Shown here one piece after another: positions 47,407 to 64,000 of a stretch of 64,000 bases of DNA. The notes beneath the pieces were generated by a model, which was given only the letters and a program-made list of their open reading frames with translations, was not told the DNA's origin and ran no database searches. The stretch is from the human T2T-CHM13v2.0 reference genome, Homo sapiens. Every line of letters begins with the position of its first letter. Positions within the stretch are counted from its first letter, which is position 1. The DNA lies in NCBI RefSeq assembly GCF_009914755.1, contig NC_060935.1; one strand, given 5' to 3'. The position numbers were made by a program, and so were the translations under genes.

Positions 47407-48585
47407 GGTGGCCATGATGCTTACAGGTTTTGTGAGATTGAGAGAACTATGACCTGCAGCAACTCTGGAAACCTGGCCTGACAGACAAGCAGATGACCTC
47501 ACAGGAGTGATAAGAAACATCTGCTCCACGCCAACTCCCAGAGCTGATGCTATTGTACTTGCACATTGGAGACTGAAAGGAAAGAAGGGACTAAATGCTG
47601 GGGAGGTAAATTAAGACAGAACCAAATGAGCTAAGTTGCAAATATATATATATACACACACACACATATATGTACATGTGTATGTACATATATATTTTAA
47701 AAGACTGTTTACTGCAGTTGCTCAGGAACTGCTTTTGATTCACATTAAGCTGCTTTCAGAAATTAAAAAAACACTTTTTAAAGGGTGCATTGATAAAATC
47801 TGAGGTTTTTTGGTTGTCGTTTTTTTCTGTGTACATTTTTTTCCTAAGTTTATGGCACAGGGTAGACCTTAAGTATTCCTCCTCCATCCTTCATTCTTCA
47901 CCCTCCATTGGATCCTCAAGTTTTAATGAATTCCAATTATACCTTACATCAGCAAGTTAAAAAAAGTACTTTAAAATAAAGCAAAGGGAGACTGTTGCTC
48001 AACCATCAGGAAACAGTTGTCAGAAGACATCATTGGTTCTGTGTTTCCTACGGAAATAAGAAACGATAAATATTGCACTGAATGTTTGTGGTTTGGAGTC
48101 CCTGAATAATAAAGAGGGAATATATTTGCAGAAAGTCGCATAGGGTTTTTTAATGCAGAATTTTGTCAGAAGACAATGGCGCTGCATGTTTTTCTTTGAG
48201 TGCAAATGTACATTGCTAAGATTTTTTTAAGATGGCATGTGCTTTGAAAAGAAGATATTGCATTTTTAAGAGTTTAAAAATCTTATGAGTGAGAAATATT
48301 AAAAAAATCTTATTTTCACCTCTTTAGAAGAAATAAAAGATGTTTCTCCTATCTCCTTTTCTCTAGTATTTGACTGTTACTGTCCTTGGCGAATCGATAA
48401 TCATTGCATAGTGACTGAAAAGCCTAAGTGCAAAAAAAAAAAAAAAAGATGTTCTTGTTTCTGAACTTCGTGCCATATTTTGTTCCTGATGGGATCAACT
48501 TAATGTTTAAGACTTTAGATGTCTTGTATTAAAAATTACACAAAAAAAGTAAAACTTTTTATACTTACCCTTTTAACTCTAACAC
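47407..48585 (+). other. GTF2H1: GTF2H1 3'UTR (end approximate)
   Basis: Repeat-free AT-rich stretch after the stop, with several polyA hexamers. Confidence 0.75.
47975..48553 (+). terminator. Candidate polyadenylation signals: AATAAA 47975, 48108, 48332; ATTAAA 48528; AGTAAA 48548
   Basis: Hexamers read directly; usage not determinable from sequence. Confidence 0.6.
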
Positions 48586-48709
48586 ATCTCTGGTTTCTCA
48601 TTATGTGTGAATTTCCTTGGGTGGGCTGCCTGAGAACTGTTCATTTTATTTTAGGCCATGTTACAAACTGGTTATCCTTCATATAATGACTGCTAAGGTC
48701 AGAATCTAA

Positions 48710-54270
<5,561 letters not shown>

Positions 54271-54494
54271 CTCTTTCTTTCTCTGTCTCTTTCTTTCCCC
54301 CCGCCACCACCACCCCCCGACCCGACTTTAGTTTCTTAATTTGTAACATGAGCATAATAGTAGTACTTACAGATTTACCGTGAAGGTTAAATGAGCTAAT
54401 ATAGAATAGTGCCTGGCTCAAAATGACCGTTCAATAAATGTTCTTTCTTTTTTTTTCTGAGAATAAATGTTCTTTCTATCATTTATTACTATTA

Positions 54495-54873
54495 CAGTCA
54501 TATATCACTTAACAATGAGGATATGTTCTGATAAATGGATCGTTAGATGAGTTCATTACTGTATGAACATCACAGACTGTACTTATACTTATTCCTCCCG
54601 CCTCGGCCTCCCAACATGTTGTAGGCTATACCTCCTGGATGGTATAGCCTACAAAACATAGAGGCTATGTGGTACAGCCTATTGATTTGAAGCTATAAAC
54701 CTGTACAGCATGTTACTATACAGAATAGTGTGAAGAAATAGTAACACAAGAGTATTTGTGTATCTAAACATAGGAAAGATACAGTAAAAGTATGGTACAG
54801 TATTATAACCTTACAGGACCACCCTTGTATATGCAGTCCATTGTTGACCAAAACATTATGAGGCTCATGACTC
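54495..54873 (+). mobile_element. Tigger3a-like MITE with an internal insertion
   Basis: TA|CAGTCAT...ATGACTC|TA termini; homologous to the ends of the 43539 element. Confidence 0.85.
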
Positions 54874-54925
54874 TATTATTATTACTTACCATTACCAGGC
54901 TTCAGTTCAAAGCTTATTGACTTAG

Positions 54926-57754
<2,829 letters not shown>

Positions 57755-58574
57755 TAGTATTTATGGGACTTTTCTCTGAGGCTGTTCAGTCTCTCCAAAG
57801 AAGGGACCTCCAGGTTTCGGGAATGTAAGCCTGGATGCCACCCTTCTGGGAATCACCTGGGGAAGGGAGCTCTCTGTATACAGACAATCTCCTATGCCCC
57901 AGCGCTCTCACCATTGTGCTTGGGCCCTGATTGCATTTCCTCAGAAAATAAACCTGTTCTCACTTAAGGTGGAGGCAGGAGGTAGCCATTTTGTTTCAGG
58001 GTGGGAATAGAAGTCTGAGAGCCTAGCATTTCCTTATAGCCCCTGTTACAGCCCCACACTTTACCCTTCCCTTCCATGGTACCTGGTACCTCCAATTCCT
58101 GAGACTGAACAGTGCTCTTCAGAGCAAATCAGCTTCCATCTCTTCACTCCCTCCCTGTGTGGGCACTTGAATTTCACTATGGTCTCAGTCTCCACTGATT
58201 TCTACTTTCCAAAGCATTGCTGGCAGACTTCTCATCTTCCAGTCCCTTCATTTTTGTGTGTTATTTTCCTATCACTTTAGTGGGGCTTGAGGAAGGAGTT
58301 AAGATAAATGTATCAGGTCAATTCATCATGTTTAACCAGAGGTCCACTAGCATTGAGTTTTGGTAATGTTTTATTTTTGTGTTTAGGCGCATGCTCACCA
58401 TTTCATGACTGAAAGCCCCATAAGATGGTTGCTGTAAACTGATGTTCTCCATCCTCTTATTAGCTAGTCACAGTGCCTTGTGATATACCAAGCCAAAGTT
58501 TCCGCGTGAGCATGTCACTGTCATTCCACTACCAAGTTCTTCATTAGCCCAGTGTTTTTTCTTTTTAAAAAAAA

Positions 58575-64000
<5,426 letters not shown>

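Overview
Primate (human-like) genomic DNA, very rich in Alu elements, holding the complete GTF2H1 gene (TFIIH p62 subunit) on the + strand. A non-coding exon 1 in a CpG island (donor after 4276) is followed by 14 coding exons (14612-47406). Spliced by hand they give a continuous 1647-nt frame, 548 aa plus stop ([10 protein letters not shown]...RRLMKKT), and a 3'UTR reaching about 48.6 kb. The CpG island is a bidirectional promoter; the minus-strand partner is HPS5 (from recalled synteny; only its non-coding first exon and intron 1 are in the window). Positions ~48.6-64 kb are repeat-rich intergenic DNA. Other elements: dozens of Alus, Tigger3/MER47/MER2 DNA transposons, a solo LTR, and L1/L2/MIR fossils. 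Nearly all non-GTF2H1 ORFs in the track are Alu artefacts or chance frames. I found no evidence of a wholly new gene system. Most interesting observations: (i) an exon 2-4 back-splice would give a stop-free endless ORF and is flanked by inverted Alus; (ii) the atypical ACA|GTTAAGTAT donor, next to a 19-mer repeated exactly 22.5 kb away; (iii) a strong-Kozak uORF and a 5-tract G4 at exon 1; (iv) a Pumilio site buried in a 3'UTR hairpin; (v) several templated-insertion/fold-back repair scars. Repeat boundaries are approximate and subfamily calls are from memory.
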